IMG/VR virus record: IMGVR_UViG_2681813435_000006
Location: 22,927-86,926 of that record
DNA length: 64,000 nt
Source of the DNA: a virus
Lineage: Duplodnaviria > Heunggongvirae > Uroviricota > Caudoviricetes
Reading direction: 5' to 3' (one strand)
The notes beneath the pieces are model-generated. The model saw only the letters and a list, made by a program, of their open reading frames with translations. It did not search any database and had not been told where the DNA came from. Below are positions 39,680 through 49,355 of this stretch, in pieces. The position numbers were made by a program, and so were the translations under genes. Position 1 is the first letter of the stretch; each line of letters opens with the position of its first letter.

Positions 39680-39907
39680 ATGAAAGGTGGAACTATTATG
39701 AATTTTATGGAGCAAATAATGTTAATGGAGAAATTAAGTCCGTCAGCAGATGAAATTATCAATGCTTACAACGAAAGGAAAGAGAGCTTTGAACCAGTAA
39801 ATAATGAGATGTTTGAACAACATTCTAAAACTATTTTAGAAATAGTTAGTGGGGCAGGGATTGATGCAAAATATGAAAATGGTAAGGTGTTTATTACATT
39901 AGATTAA
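39680..39907 (+). CDS. hypothetical protein
   Basis: RBS AAAGGTGG. Confidence 0.4.
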   Translation: MKGGTIMNFMEQIMLMEKLSPSADEIINAYNERKESFEPVNNEMFEQHSKTILEIVSGAGIDAKYENGKVFITLD

Positions 39908-39935
39908 GTTGCAATTCAAAAAAAGGAGTGAAAAT

Positions 39936-40151
39936 ATGTTTGAAGGTAGAATTAATTTAATTAAAAGAAATAAACTTATACACTGTGGTATAAGAATGTG
40001 GAATGGTACTGAATATTTAATGACAAGTGTATGCAATCGTATGTGGAAACATGATGATGAAACTAATAAAGGAAATTCTTCAGAGGTAACGTGTAAAAGG
40101 TGTAAGAAAATATTAGATAAAGCAGATTCTAAAGGGCAAGTTAAATTGTAA
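39936..40151 (+). CDS. hypothetical protein (ATG 39936 after AAAAGGAG)
   Basis: CKRCKK at the C-terminus. Confidence 0.4.
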   Translation: MFEGRINLIKRNKLIHCGIRMWNGTEYLMTSVCNRMWKHDDETNKGNSSEVTCKRCKKILDKADSKGQVKL

Positions 40152-40237
40152 AGTAATGCCCAATACAACTATAAGTTAACAGAACCTTTTATACAGTTTA
40201 AATTATTTTAATAAAACTTAAAAGAAAGGAAATAAAT

Positions 40238-40639
40238 ATGAAAAAGTTAATATGTTTATTACATCATCCTTTAAGACTTACAAAAACAACTGATTGTAAT
40301 ACAGAAGATTTTGAGAATGACAACAGAACAATTAGAATTTATAAATGCAAGTATTGTGGTAAAGATATATTAGTTACAACAAGATGTATAAACGGCAAGT
40401 TTTGCAAACCCTTCAATCATTCAAAAGATTTTAATTTTAATAATCAAAAATTCATTGAATTAATCAAATGGTTAGAAGGACAAAAATACGGATATTTGCT
40501 AGAAGATAAAAAAACTTGGGTCAACTATGGTGAATTGAATGATAAATTTCCATATGATGAAGATAAAAAGAAATGGGAATTAAGTAGAAATCGAATGATT
40601 GACAAAACTATACAAAGAATAAAAGAAATAATTATTTGA
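40238..40639 (+). CDS. hypothetical zinc-ribbon protein
   Basis: CKYCGK...C; RBS AAAGGAAA. Confidence 0.4.
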   Translation: MKKLICLLHHPLRLTKTTDCNTEDFENDNRTIRIYKCKYCGKDILVTTRCINGKFCKPFNHSKDFNFNNQKFIELIKWLEGQKYGYLLEDKKTWVNYGELNDKFPYDEDKKKWELSRNRMIDKTIQRIKEIII

Positions 40640-40705
40640 AAAAAATATGATAAAAGTTCAATTTTATATTATAAAATAATTTAATAAATATAAAGGAGTA
40701 AAACT

Positions 40706-41617
40706 TTGATACAAATACTAGAATTATTTGGCGGAATAGGTTCTCCAAGAAAAGCTTTAGTTAACCTTGGAATACCTATTAAAGCCATAGATTATGTAGA
40801 AATAGATGAAAAAGCGGTAAGGAGTTACAATGCTATATTTAAAAATGATTTGAAGTATAAAACTCAAACAGTAGTTGGATATACTTTAAAACCTGATATA
40901 TTAATTCATGGTTCACCATGTCAAGATTTCTCAATAGCAGGTAAACAAAAAGGAGCTGACAAAGGCTCAGAAACAAGATCAAGCTTGATGTGGGAAACTA
41001 TAAATATTATAAAACAAATGGGAGTATGGAGACCACGTGTCGTTATTTGGGAAAATGTTAAAAATGTGCTATCAAAGCATATGAAACATAATTTTAATAA
41101 ATATTTAGAAGAAATGGAGAAGATGGGATATACAAATAGTTTTGAAGTATTAAATGCAATGGATTTTGGATTGCCTCAAAATAGAAATAGAGTGTTTATT
41201 GTTAGTTGTTTAGATAGAACACTATTTAACTTTGATAATTTAGAAAGAAGACCTATGAGAAATATAGAAGAATTTTTACAAGATCATGTTTCGGAAGAAT
41301 ATATAGTAACTCAACCAAGTATATTAGGAGCTATAGGAAAAAAAGGAATAAAGAGATCTACAATAATTAAAGGTTTTTGTTACACCATTACTGAAAGACA
41401 AGATAGATGTCCTGCACAAGTAATTGATCTAGGTAATAGTAAATATAGATTTCTAACTGATAAAGAATGTTGGCTCTTACAAGGATATTCAGAAGATGAT
41501 TATTTTAATGCAGCTAAAGTTAATACTAAGAGAACATTATATAAACAAGCAGGCAATTCAATCCCTATCCCAATTTTAGAAGCAATTTTTAAAGAATTAC
41601 TTAAATACATAATATAA
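40706..41617 (+). CDS. DNA (cytosine-5)-methyltransferase (orphan, Dcm-type)
   Basis: Motif I LELFGGIGSPRKAL (FxGxG), motif IV GSPCQDFSIAG (PCQ), motif VI ENVKNV (ENV), motif QAGNSIPI; TTG start after AAAGGAG; no adjacent restriction gene recognised. Confidence 0.8.
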   Translation: MIQILELFGGIGSPRKALVNLGIPIKAIDYVEIDEKAVRSYNAIFKNDLKYKTQTVVGYTLKPDILIHGSPCQDFSIAGKQKGADKGSETRSSLMWETINIIKQMGVWRPRVVIWENVKNVLSKHMKHNFNKYLEEMEKMGYTNSFEVLNAMDFGLPQNRNRVFIVSCLDRTLFNFDNLERRPMRNIEEFLQDHVSEEYIVTQPSILGAIGKKGIKRSTIIKGFCYTITERQDRCPAQVIDLGNSKYRFLTDKECWLLQGYSEDDYFNAAKVNTKRTLYKQAGNSIPIPILEAIFKELLKYII

Positions 41618-41640
41618 TATAATTTAATAAGGCAAGGAGG

Positions 41641-41967
41641 ATGTTAATGAAAGAAGTTGATGTAGATTTATATGAGTTTCTTAAAAACAATGAAACAACT
41701 ATACTTGAAGATAAATATGGATTAGAAGTTGTTGTATTTGTTGATTTTTACAATTTAAAAGATTTTGTAGAAATTATTGGTACATATTATTTTGATGAAG
41801 AAGGTCTTGAAGTTATTATGAGAGATAGTTATTTGTGCATACCAATAAAAGATCATATTGAAGGTTGTGGGCATAACATATCAAGTTATAAAGATTGTTT
41901 TGAAAATGACACTTGGAGAAGATTTGGTAAAGAAATAGAAAAGTTAGAAAAAGAAGGTGAATTATAA
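41641..41967 (+). CDS. hypothetical acidic protein
   Basis: RBS AAGGAGG. Confidence 0.4.
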   Translation: MLMKEVDVDLYEFLKNNETTILEDKYGLEVVVFVDFYNLKDFVEIIGTYYFDEEGLEVIMRDSYLCIPIKDHIEGCGHNISSYKDCFENDTWRRFGKEIEKLEKEGEL

Positions 41968-42148
41968 TATGAAAGCTAACTATGAAGCTACAATTAAACT
42001 TACAGCAACAGGTGAGATTGAAAATAAAGAGGATTTAATAGATAATCCTAAAGAAAAATTTGATAAAAATATTAAACAAGTTTTAGAAGATGAAATTGGT
42101 GGGAAGGTAGATGTTAATATAGAATCAAAATTTAATATAGAAGAATAA
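41957..42148 (+). CDS. hypothetical protein
   Basis: Overlaps the upstream stop. Confidence 0.35.
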   Translation: MNYNMKANYEATIKLTATGEIENKEDLIDNPKEKFDKNIKQVLEDEIGGKVDVNIESKFNIEE

Positions 42149-42162
42149 AGGAGAGACTTTTT

Positions 42163-42483
42163 ATGAAAAAATATAAATGCGTAGTACATAGAACAGATGA
42201 ATATGAAATAGAAATAGATGATAAACAATTAGACGAAAAATGGATGAAAAATTTTAGAGAGTGTATGTTTGATTTTGATACATACGAAGAACATGCAGAA
42301 CATATAGCACAAATGAGAGCTAGGTTTGGAGAGGGTTTTATAGAGGGATATGGGAATCCTCTAGTTGATGGAGAAAAGCCATGGTTTTGCGATAAAGATG
42401 AGGTTAATGAAGCAATTAATATCAATGTTGTTAGTGAAGATAGTCCTTATGAAACAGAAGTTGAAGTCGAAGAAATAGAATAA
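42163..42483 (+). CDS. hypothetical highly acidic protein
   Basis: RBS AAGGAGAG; Glu/Asp-rich C-terminus. Confidence 0.4.
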   Translation: MKKYKCVVHRTDEYEIEIDDKQLDEKWMKNFRECMFDFDTYEEHAEHIAQMRARFGEGFIEGYGNPLVDGEKPWFCDKDEVNEAININVVSEDSPYETEVEVEEIE

Positions 42484-42491
42484 TAAAAGAG

Positions 42492-42806
42492 GTGTTGGTT
42501 ATAGAAAACATTAAAATAATATGTACAAACTGTAATGAAAAAGCAGACATTATGTCTTGTAGAAGAATTGAAAAGAACAAAGTTTTAATCACTTACATTT
42601 GCCCATATTGTGGTAATGGAGATGAAGAAATCCATTATTTATATGAGGATTTATTAAATGAAAGAGAAAAGCAACTTTTGCACGAAGGAATTGCTTTGCT
42701 AATAGAAGAGGTAGAATATCAAGTTGATAAAGGGACAGAAAGTTTGAAAGAATGTAGAAGAAATAAGCTTAAAGAAATTATTCAATTAAGGAACAAAATA
42801 TTATAA
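42492..42806 (+). CDS. hypothetical zinc-ribbon protein
   Basis: CTNCNEK...CPYCG. Confidence 0.4.
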   Translation: MLVIENIKIICTNCNEKADIMSCRRIEKNKVLITYICPYCGNGDEEIHYLYEDLLNEREKQLLHEGIALLIEEVEYQVDKGTESLKECRRNKLKEIIQLRNKIL

Positions 42807-42848
42807 AATTTTAGTTTTAAACAAATTTAATTTTGGAGGGATTTATTA

Positions 42849-43391
42849 ATGGAAAATCAATTACAAGAAGTTAAAAATCAATTTACAAAAGATTTATTTG
42901 AAAGAATATATCAAGAAATTATAACGAATGGCAATGAAGACTTGTTTAGTTATTATAACTTAATTATAGCCAATTTAGATAAACATGATGACATATTTAA
43001 AGATATATTAAAAAATGGATTAGCTTATATTACATACGTAAATGAAGATATGGGATATACAGATGGAGATATTGTAATAGATTTAAATAATAATACAAGA
43101 TATAAAATTAAACTTGTATGGAAAGAAGATATAATAGGAGATTCTTATGAAAATGAAGAATGTGTTCTTACACATGAATATACAATAACACATATTGTCG
43201 AAAAACAAACTATAACAGAAGAAAATACAGATGTTAATATGTTACATAAAATTAAAATAGAAACAGAGAATAAACTAAAAAAATTTAGATTACAGAAAAA
43301 ACTAGAAAAATTAAATCAAATGTTAGAAGAAAGAAACAAACTAGAACTTGATATAGAAGATTTAGAAAGAGAATTAGCATTTGTATCTTAA
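42849..43391 (+). CDS. hypothetical protein
   Basis: RBS GGAGGG. Confidence 0.4.
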   Translation: MENQLQEVKNQFTKDLFERIYQEIITNGNEDLFSYYNLIIANLDKHDDIFKDILKNGLAYITYVNEDMGYTDGDIVIDLNNNTRYKIKLVWKEDIIGDSYENEECVLTHEYTITHIVEKQTITEENTDVNMLHKIKIETENKLKKFRLQKKLEKLNQMLEERNKLELDIEDLERELAFVS

Positions 43392-43425
43392 TTAAAAACA
43401 ATTTAATAAAACAAAGGAGAAATTT

Positions 43426-43920
43426 ATGTTGGAATTATTACTATTGTTCTTTTTAAAAGTTATAGACTGCTGTTTTACCACTTTTAAAACACTTCTATTA
43501 ATAAGAAACAAAGACTTTGCTTCAAGTCTGTGCATGGCAATATCACAATTTTTTTATTTAACTATATTAGTTAAAATAGCCAAAAATGATACTATATTAG
43601 GAATATTAGTTGTTTGTTTAGGTGCTTTTATTGGTTCATACATACCTAAGTTTATTATAAGAAAAACAGATAAAGATAAAACATGGATTTATGAGATATT
43701 ACCACAATCAACAAAACAAAGTCAAGAAATTGCAGATATACTAAGAAATAATAACCTAGAAGTTTTTACTACAAAAGGATATAATTTTGATGTGGATAAA
43801 ATATTGACTATTAAAGCATTTTCAAATAATAAGCAAGAAAGTATTTTAATAGAGAGTTTAATACCTAAAGACACACCATTTCATGTAGTAGAAATTAAAA
43901 AGCAATTAAATTTAGAATAG
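43426..43920 (+). CDS. hypothetical membrane protein (N-terminal TMs + soluble C-terminal domain)
   Basis: Three hydrophobic segments followed by a roughly 80-aa domain. Confidence 0.4.
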   Translation: MLELLLLFFLKVIDCCFTTFKTLLLIRNKDFASSLCMAISQFFYLTILVKIAKNDTILGILVVCLGAFIGSYIPKFIIRKTDKDKTWIYEILPQSTKQSQEIADILRNNNLEVFTTKGYNFDVDKILTIKAFSNNKQESILIESLIPKDTPFHVVEIKKQLNLE

Positions 43921-43934
43921 AGAGGATTTAATTT

Positions 43935-44534
43935 ATGAAAAACTTTAAAAAAAGAGTAAAAGAATTTGTTCAGGAACACAAACTACAAGAAGTTATAGAT
44001 AACTATGATTTTAAACATAAAGCAAAGGTTTATATTGCATCTGAAGGATTATTTAGTGAATTAGATCAAATAGGATTAGAACTAATAGCTGATATATGTG
44101 AACAAGTTAATTTAGATTATTACTTACCACAACATGCAGATTTTAATAAGAAAGATACAGAAGACTTTACTATAACAGGAGGAATGATAGCAGAAGGAGA
44201 TAATTCACAACTACGAACTTGTAATTTTGTATTAGCACATCTTAAATTGCCATTAGATGAAGGAGTAGGTGGAGAAATAAGTAGATTTAAAACTATGATA
44301 GAATATGAACCTAATAAATATAAAGGTATTGTAGGGTGGGCTGATGACATAAGATTTAAAACTAAACCTAATATTAATCAACCTTCATTTAAAAATCAAG
44401 TAGGTTATTTAAATCAATACTGCCAAGGAGAAATTGAAAATAGTTTAGGCTGCTATGAAAAACTAGGAGATTGTTTTACAAAACTATGGAAAATTTTTGA
44501 AGATAGTATAGAAAGTGAGGTATCAGATGACTAA
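43935..44534 (+). CDS. Nucleoside 2-deoxyribosyltransferase-like protein (NDT/Rcl fold), putative
   Basis: KVYIASEGLF resembles the N-terminal YxAGPxF; LPLDEGVGGEISRF resembles the catalytic-Glu motif DxGTxxExG; translationally coupled to the two downstream genes. Confidence 0.35.
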   Translation: MKNFKKRVKEFVQEHKLQEVIDNYDFKHKAKVYIASEGLFSELDQIGLELIADICEQVNLDYYLPQHADFNKKDTEDFTITGGMIAEGDNSQLRTCNFVLAHLKLPLDEGVGGEISRFKTMIEYEPNKYKGIVGWADDIRFKTKPNINQPSFKNQVGYLNQYCQGEIENSLGCYEKLGDCFTKLWKIFEDSIESEVSDD

Positions 44535-45174
44535 GCAATTAGAAATATATTATGATATGGATGAAGTATTATATGATCTAAGTTCATATATTATAAATAA
44601 ATATAATAAGGATTTTAATGATGATATGAAACCTAATGACAATAAATCATATTGGTGGAGTGATTGTAATAAAGCCAGTAAAGAGTATTTTAAAAATTTA
44701 TTATTAGAAAAGGGTGCTTTTTATAAAAGCAGCCCTGTCAATAATTCAATAAATATTGCTACAATATTACATGAAAAAGGCTTTAAAATTAAAATAATAA
44801 CTTTACCTCAATACAATTCAGATTATTGTGTTAGTGAAAAAGTTAAATGGATAAAAGAATATTTACCTTTTATAAATGTTGAAAAAGATTTAGTGTTTAC
44901 TGGAGATAAATCATTATTAGCTAGAGATAATCGAGTGTTGCTTGATGACAATATAAACAACTTAATAGAATGGAAAAGAAAAGACGGGATATCTGTAGCT
45001 TTTTCTCAGCATTGGAATGACAAATGGAAAGGGTTAAGAGTAAGTAACCATAAAGAATTTTACACTCTAATTCATCAAATACAAAACAATTTAATAAATA
45101 ACAATGCAGAAAAAAGTATAGATTTACACAATTTAAAATTTCATTATGAAAATAAATTACATAAAGGAGAGTGA
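44515..45174 (+). CDS. 5'(3')-deoxyribonucleotidase-like HAD hydrolase (NT5C/YorS family), putative
   Basis: N-terminal IYYDMDEVLYDL matches the DMDGVLADF motif I of this family; its start overlaps the upstream gene by 20 nt. Confidence 0.45.
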   Translation: MRYQMTKQLEIYYDMDEVLYDLSSYIINKYNKDFNDDMKPNDNKSYWWSDCNKASKEYFKNLLLEKGAFYKSSPVNNSINIATILHEKGFKIKIITLPQYNSDYCVSEKVKWIKEYLPFINVEKDLVFTGDKSLLARDNRVLLDDNINNLIEWKRKDGISVAFSQHWNDKWKGLRVSNHKEFYTLIHQIQNNLINNNAEKSIDLHNLKFHYENKLHKGE

Positions 45175-45767
45175 TTAATATAGCTAAACTGCACGTAATA
45201 TTTGCTTGTATGGGCGTTGGAAAATCAGAAGACTTAATTAGAGAATATAATTCATATAAACTAAATAAAATGAATGTATTAGCCTTAAAAAGCAGAATAG
45301 ACACTAGAGAAGGCATAGAGGAATGTTACATATCTTCAAGGAATGGAAATAAAATTCCTGCACAATGGATTGATACTGATGAAAATATTTTTACAAAAGT
45401 AATGGAATACATAGATACTGAAGGAAATATTAAAGCAATTATTATAGATGAATGTAATTTTCTTTCAGAAGAACAAATAAACCAAATATCAGATATAGTA
45501 GATATTTTAAATATAGATTGCTACTGTTATTCTTTATTAACTAATTTTAAAGGATATCTATTTAAAGGAAGTAAAAGATTAATAGAATTGGTTGACCATG
45601 ATTGTATTAGATTTATGGTTACTAGAGATAGTGAAGGGAATATACCAAATGTAAATGCAAAAATTTTTAATAATAGAATAATTAAAAATGGAGATGAAAT
45701 AGAAGTAGGTGATACTCAATATAAACCAATAACAAGGAAGAATTGGAAACTAGGAATAATTAAATAA
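45171..45767 (+). CDS. tdk: Thymidine kinase
   Basis: LHVIFACMGVGKSEDLI (compare GPMFSGKSTELI); C-terminal Cys pairs (CYCYS); GTG start overlapping the upstream stop. Confidence 0.65.
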   Translation: MINIAKLHVIFACMGVGKSEDLIREYNSYKLNKMNVLALKSRIDTREGIEECYISSRNGNKIPAQWIDTDENIFTKVMEYIDTEGNIKAIIIDECNFLSEEQINQISDIVDILNIDCYCYSLLTNFKGYLFKGSKRLIELVDHDCIRFMVTRDSEGNIPNVNAKIFNNRIIKNGDEIEVGDTQYKPITRKNWKLGIIK

Positions 45768-45786
45768 ATAGCAGGAGGAAAATTAA

Positions 45787-46089
45787 ATGAGATATAAAAT
45801 GTTATCAATATTATTAGTTTTTATTTTATTATCTATACCTTTCGTGAAAGATATAAACATTATCAAAGCTATAGATAATAATTCAACTATTACTCAACAA
45901 ACAAAGGAAAACAAACCGCCTAAAAAATTAAAATTATCAGAAGATAAGAAGATACTTGGGGTTTGCAGTGGAATTGCTGAATACTTTAATATTGATCCAG
46001 CTTTTATTAGGGTTATTTGGGGACTGTTAGCAATTTGTTATGGCGTAGGTATTATAGCTTATTTTATATTTTATTTTGTCATGTTTTAA
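45787..46089 (+). CDS. PspC-domain membrane protein
   Basis: KLKLSEDKKILGVCSGIAEYFNIDPAFIRVIWGLLAI matches the PspC domain pattern (R...ILGVCxGLAxYF..D...R); N-terminal signal or TM. Confidence 0.55.
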   Translation: MRYKMLSILLVFILLSIPFVKDINIIKAIDNNSTITQQTKENKPPKKLKLSEDKKILGVCSGIAEYFNIDPAFIRVIWGLLAICYGVGIIAYFIFYFVMF

Positions 46090-46111
46090 ATTAAATAAAT
46101 AGACATCAATT

Positions 46112-46147
46112 AATAGCTCCTTGATTTTCAGGGAGCTATTCTTATAT
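46112..46147 (+). terminator. Rho-independent terminator AATAGCTCC-N11-GGAGCTATT + CTTATAT
   Basis: 9-bp GC-containing stem after the PspC-domain gene; a promoter follows immediately. Confidence 0.5.
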
Positions 46148-46177
46148 GCAATAATTTTTAAAAACATTATTTAAAGC

Positions 46178-46206
46178 TTGACTAATATAAAATAATTTGG
46201 TAATAT
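46178..46206 (+). promoter_or_regulatory. sigmaA-type promoter (third exact copy)
   Basis: TTGACT-N17-TAATAT. Confidence 0.5.
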
Positions 46207-46231
46207 AGAATCATGAAAGGAGAGAGAAAAT

Positions 46232-46447
46232 ATGAATACTTTAATATCAATTTACATAATTTCTTTAATAGGAAGTTTATTGTGTGGTTTATATATGAAA
46301 CACGATATAAACCATAAAATATCAATAAAAGATGTTATAGTTGCTTTATGTCCTATAATAAATTCAGTTGCAACATTATGTTTAATAATGTGTTTAGGAT
46401 GTGATATATTTAAACTTATCTATAAACAATTTAATAAAACAATATGA
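46232..46447 (+). CDS. hypothetical small membrane protein
   Basis: Two TM segments; RBS AAAGGAGAG. Confidence 0.4.
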   Translation: MNTLISIYIISLIGSLLCGLYMKHDINHKISIKDVIVALCPIINSVATLCLIMCLGCDIFKLIYKQFNKTI

Positions 46448-46614
46448 AGAAAGTGGTGAACAAATGATAGATTTAATTATTAATTTATTTATATGTTGTT
46501 TTACAATATTATGTTTTGTATGTGCTTTTAAGTTAAGTCAAAAACTTGGATAATAACACTCTAATACATAAGGTTAATAAATAAAAAATATTAAATTTAA
46601 GGAGAGAAGATAAT

Positions 46615-47202
46615 ATGTTAAGAGAACAATGTGTAGAAATGATTTTCGACAATGATGGAGAATGGCAAAAAACAAAAGAGCATTATGAAAAATTAGGGTA
46701 TAAAATAGTAGATTGGGACATTAATTATGGTAAGAAAGAATTTTATTTGAAAGCTTTTTTCGTAAATAATAATACAATTGAAAATAAAATAGATTATGAT
46801 AGAGAATATTCTATACATGAAGCAATAGAATTTCCAGAACGTACTGAATTTGAAGTTTATTTGGAAGAAGATAGGCTTGTAATTAAGTTTGAAAATGGAT
46901 TTTTAATGGTAAAGGATGATGATTACGAAAAAATATGGGACAAATGTTATATAACTTCAGAATGGCTTAAAAGTAAATTCAAATTAGTTAAAAAAGATAA
47001 GAAAGTAGAGTGTATAGAAGCCATGAAAGCTTTTGAACAAGGTAAAACTATAAAAGTTAAGTATATAAATTCTTTAAATAAAAAAGAAGAAACAAAAGAA
47101 TATATACCTTCTTTTGTGAGAGATGCATGGTGTATCGCTGAAGAAGATAGTATAACCCCTTATTTAATAGCTGAAGGAGAATGGTATATCAAGGAAGATT
47201 AA
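46615..47202 (+). CDS. hypothetical protein
   Basis: RBS AAGGAGAG. Confidence 0.45.
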   Translation: MLREQCVEMIFDNDGEWQKTKEHYEKLGYKIVDWDINYGKKEFYLKAFFVNNNTIENKIDYDREYSIHEAIEFPERTEFEVYLEEDRLVIKFENGFLMVKDDDYEKIWDKCYITSEWLKSKFKLVKKDKKVECIEAMKAFEQGKTIKVKYINSLNKKEETKEYIPSFVRDAWCIAEEDSITPYLIAEGEWYIKED

Positions 47203-47272
47203 TTACATAAATAAGTTAATAAAACCATTCTTTTATAACGTAAAATAATTTAACGATAGGAGTGAGTAAAAG

Positions 47273-48505
47273 ATGACAATAGAAGAAATAGAAAAGGCTT
47301 TAGAGTCAAGCATTGCAAGAGATGAATATAATAGTAAAATGATTAAGAAAATTCAAGATGATTTTTTTAATGTTACAGTATATGATTGCACTAATCCAAA
47401 TACTTTTTTGTATTATGACCATTTACTTTCTGATTCTTTTACAACAATGGAGAATCCTTATTTGGGTGGCAAATATAAAAATTGTAGAACAGAAAAAGAA
47501 ATTTTACAATATGAAACAGCTTTATCAAGTTTTTGTGGGCATTCAGATACAGATATGTTGAGATCAATGTTAAGAGAAGCAAAAGAAAAACAAAAAGAAG
47601 AAGAACGTAAAAAAGCAGAAGAATTAAGAAAACAACAAGAAATCGAAAGGCAAAAACAGATTGCAGAAGAAAAGCGTATAAAAGCAATAAAAGAAAGAGA
47701 AAGAAAAAATAAACAAGATGATTTGGAAAATGAATTTTTAATAATAAATAAAAATAATGAAATAATTTTAACTGATGATTGGATTGAAAGAATATATTTA
47801 ATATCAAAAATGATAGTTGATAATTCTTTTGATTTGCCAAACCTTATTAAAGATGTAAATTGGGGTGAAACATATATCAATACAAATAATGAAAAGAAAT
47901 GGGAAGTTGATACATTAGGTTGTAGAGTGTATCTATATTTTCAAAATATATATTATTATTTAGGAGGAGACGACAACATTGTAAAATATAATTGTCACAT
48001 GGCTTTTAGAGGCTATATAAAAGAATTAATACTTCCTAAATTCTCAGATTTTGATACTTATGAAGCAATAATAAAATTATTTCAATCTTTAACTAAAGAT
48101 TATTTAAATAAACATATGCCAACTTTTCGCCATGAAGATACTCCAAAAGATAGACAAGAAGAAATAGATTATTGTTATGAATTAATACAAAATTTATTAA
48201 TTGAATTATTTCAAAAAATGGATAAATTAATATATAAAATATTTGAAACGGTTTTAGAATACAACATAAATAATGAACAAAAAATTATAACAGGTATTAA
48301 TAGAACGCATTTTATATTAGACGAATTTTTAGTAAAATTAAATGAAGATAAGCTACAAAAAAATAGAAAGTTTAATATTATAATCAAATATTTGAAGGAT
48401 AAATATCAAATCAATATAAAATATAATAATTATTATATTAAGAAGGACACCCCAGATGAAAGTAATTACAATACTGAACTATTGTATTGGAGGTGCAAAA
48501 AATGA
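47273..48505 (+). CDS. hypothetical protein with central K/E/R-rich coiled-coil segment
   Basis: RBS AGGAGTG; 410 aa. Confidence 0.45.
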   Translation: MTIEEIEKALESSIARDEYNSKMIKKIQDDFFNVTVYDCTNPNTFLYYDHLLSDSFTTMENPYLGGKYKNCRTEKEILQYETALSSFCGHSDTDMLRSMLREAKEKQKEEERKKAEELRKQQEIERQKQIAEEKRIKAIKERERKNKQDDLENEFLIINKNNEIILTDDWIERIYLISKMIVDNSFDLPNLIKDVNWGETYINTNNEKKWEVDTLGCRVYLYFQNIYYYLGGDDNIVKYNCHMAFRGYIKELILPKFSDFDTYEAIIKLFQSLTKDYLNKHMPTFRHEDTPKDRQEEIDYCYELIQNLLIELFQKMDKLIYKIFETVLEYNINNEQKIITGINRTHFILDEFLVKLNEDKLQKNRKFNIIIKYLKDKYQINIKYNNYYIKKDTPDESNYNTELLYWRCKK

Positions 48506-48672
48506 TAAGTAAGGAAGATATTATTAAAGAAGTAGATGAGGAAGTTAATAAAATTCTTGAAAACATGTATAAAAATTGGAGTATTCAAGAGTTTACACCA
48601 GCACATACTTTATCTTATATTTATCCTGCATTATATGTTTCTAAAATGAAAAAGAATAATTTAATAAAATAA
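48487..48672 (+). CDS. hypothetical protein
   Basis: Overlaps the upstream stop. Confidence 0.3.
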   Translation: MEVQKMISKEDIIKEVDEEVNKILENMYKNWSIQEFTPAHTLSYIYPALYVSKMKKNNLIK

Positions 48673-48725
48673 ATGATTTATATCGATTTATAAATCCTGT
48701 AATAACGAATAAAAGGGGGAAATTT

Positions 48726-49013
48726 ATGAAAATAGAAGATTTGATAAAAAGAACATCCAAAGATCAATTTATTATTAATAATCTTTATAACAGTACACCA
48801 TTTGCATTAACAGAGTCAACTCCACAAGAAAAAGAATATAAACGAGATAAAACATTAACAATAGATTTTGGTAATAACGCAATAAGACACATAAGTTTAG
48901 ATATGCTACTCCTAACTCTTCAAGAATTTTATGGTAAGGAGTTTTTAATAGATTCAATTAAACAATTTAAAAGTTATAATGAAATTAAAGATAAAGAGAT
49001 ACCTAATATATAA
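48726..49013 (+). CDS. hypothetical protein
   Basis: RBS AAAGGGGG. Confidence 0.4.
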   Translation: MKIEDLIKRTSKDQFIINNLYNSTPFALTESTPQEKEYKRDKTLTIDFGNNAIRHISLDMLLLTLQEFYGKEFLIDSIKQFKSYNEIKDKEIPNI

Positions 49014-49052
49014 TTTCACAATTTGACTATGTTAAGAAAGAAGTGATAATAA

Positions 49053-49292
49053 ATGATAAGCATTAAAGAGCTAAAAACCAAGGAAGACTTTTTAAAATTA
49101 AATAAAGGGGATAAAATTATTTTTAAATACACAAAAGGAAAAATGTTCTTTTTAGAAATAGTAAGAATAGACAATAAACAATTAGTAGGAAAACCAGATA
49201 TTAATTATCTTCAAGAAACTTTTGTAGACATTGAATCATTAATAAATAGAGATTTAGGTAGATATGTTGATTGCGTAGTTAAATTAAACTAA
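49053..49292 (+). CDS. hypothetical protein
   Basis: ORF in the array. Confidence 0.35.
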   Translation: MISIKELKTKEDFLKLNKGDKIIFKYTKGKMFFLEIVRIDNKQLVGKPDINYLQETFVDIESLINRDLGRYVDCVVKLN

Positions 49293-49355
49293 GTGTATGG
49301 TTATTGAAATGAATTACAATTTGGGGAAATTGCTACTTATTGAAAGGAGATTTGT

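Noticed and set aside
47560-47760. Low-complexity K/E/R-rich stretch (EEERKKAEELRKQQEIERQKQIAEEKRIKAIKERERKNKQ) as a possible DNA repeat
   Set aside because: At the nucleotide level it is not a clean tandem repeat. It reads as a charged single-alpha-helix or coiled-coil segment within a 410-aa ORF.
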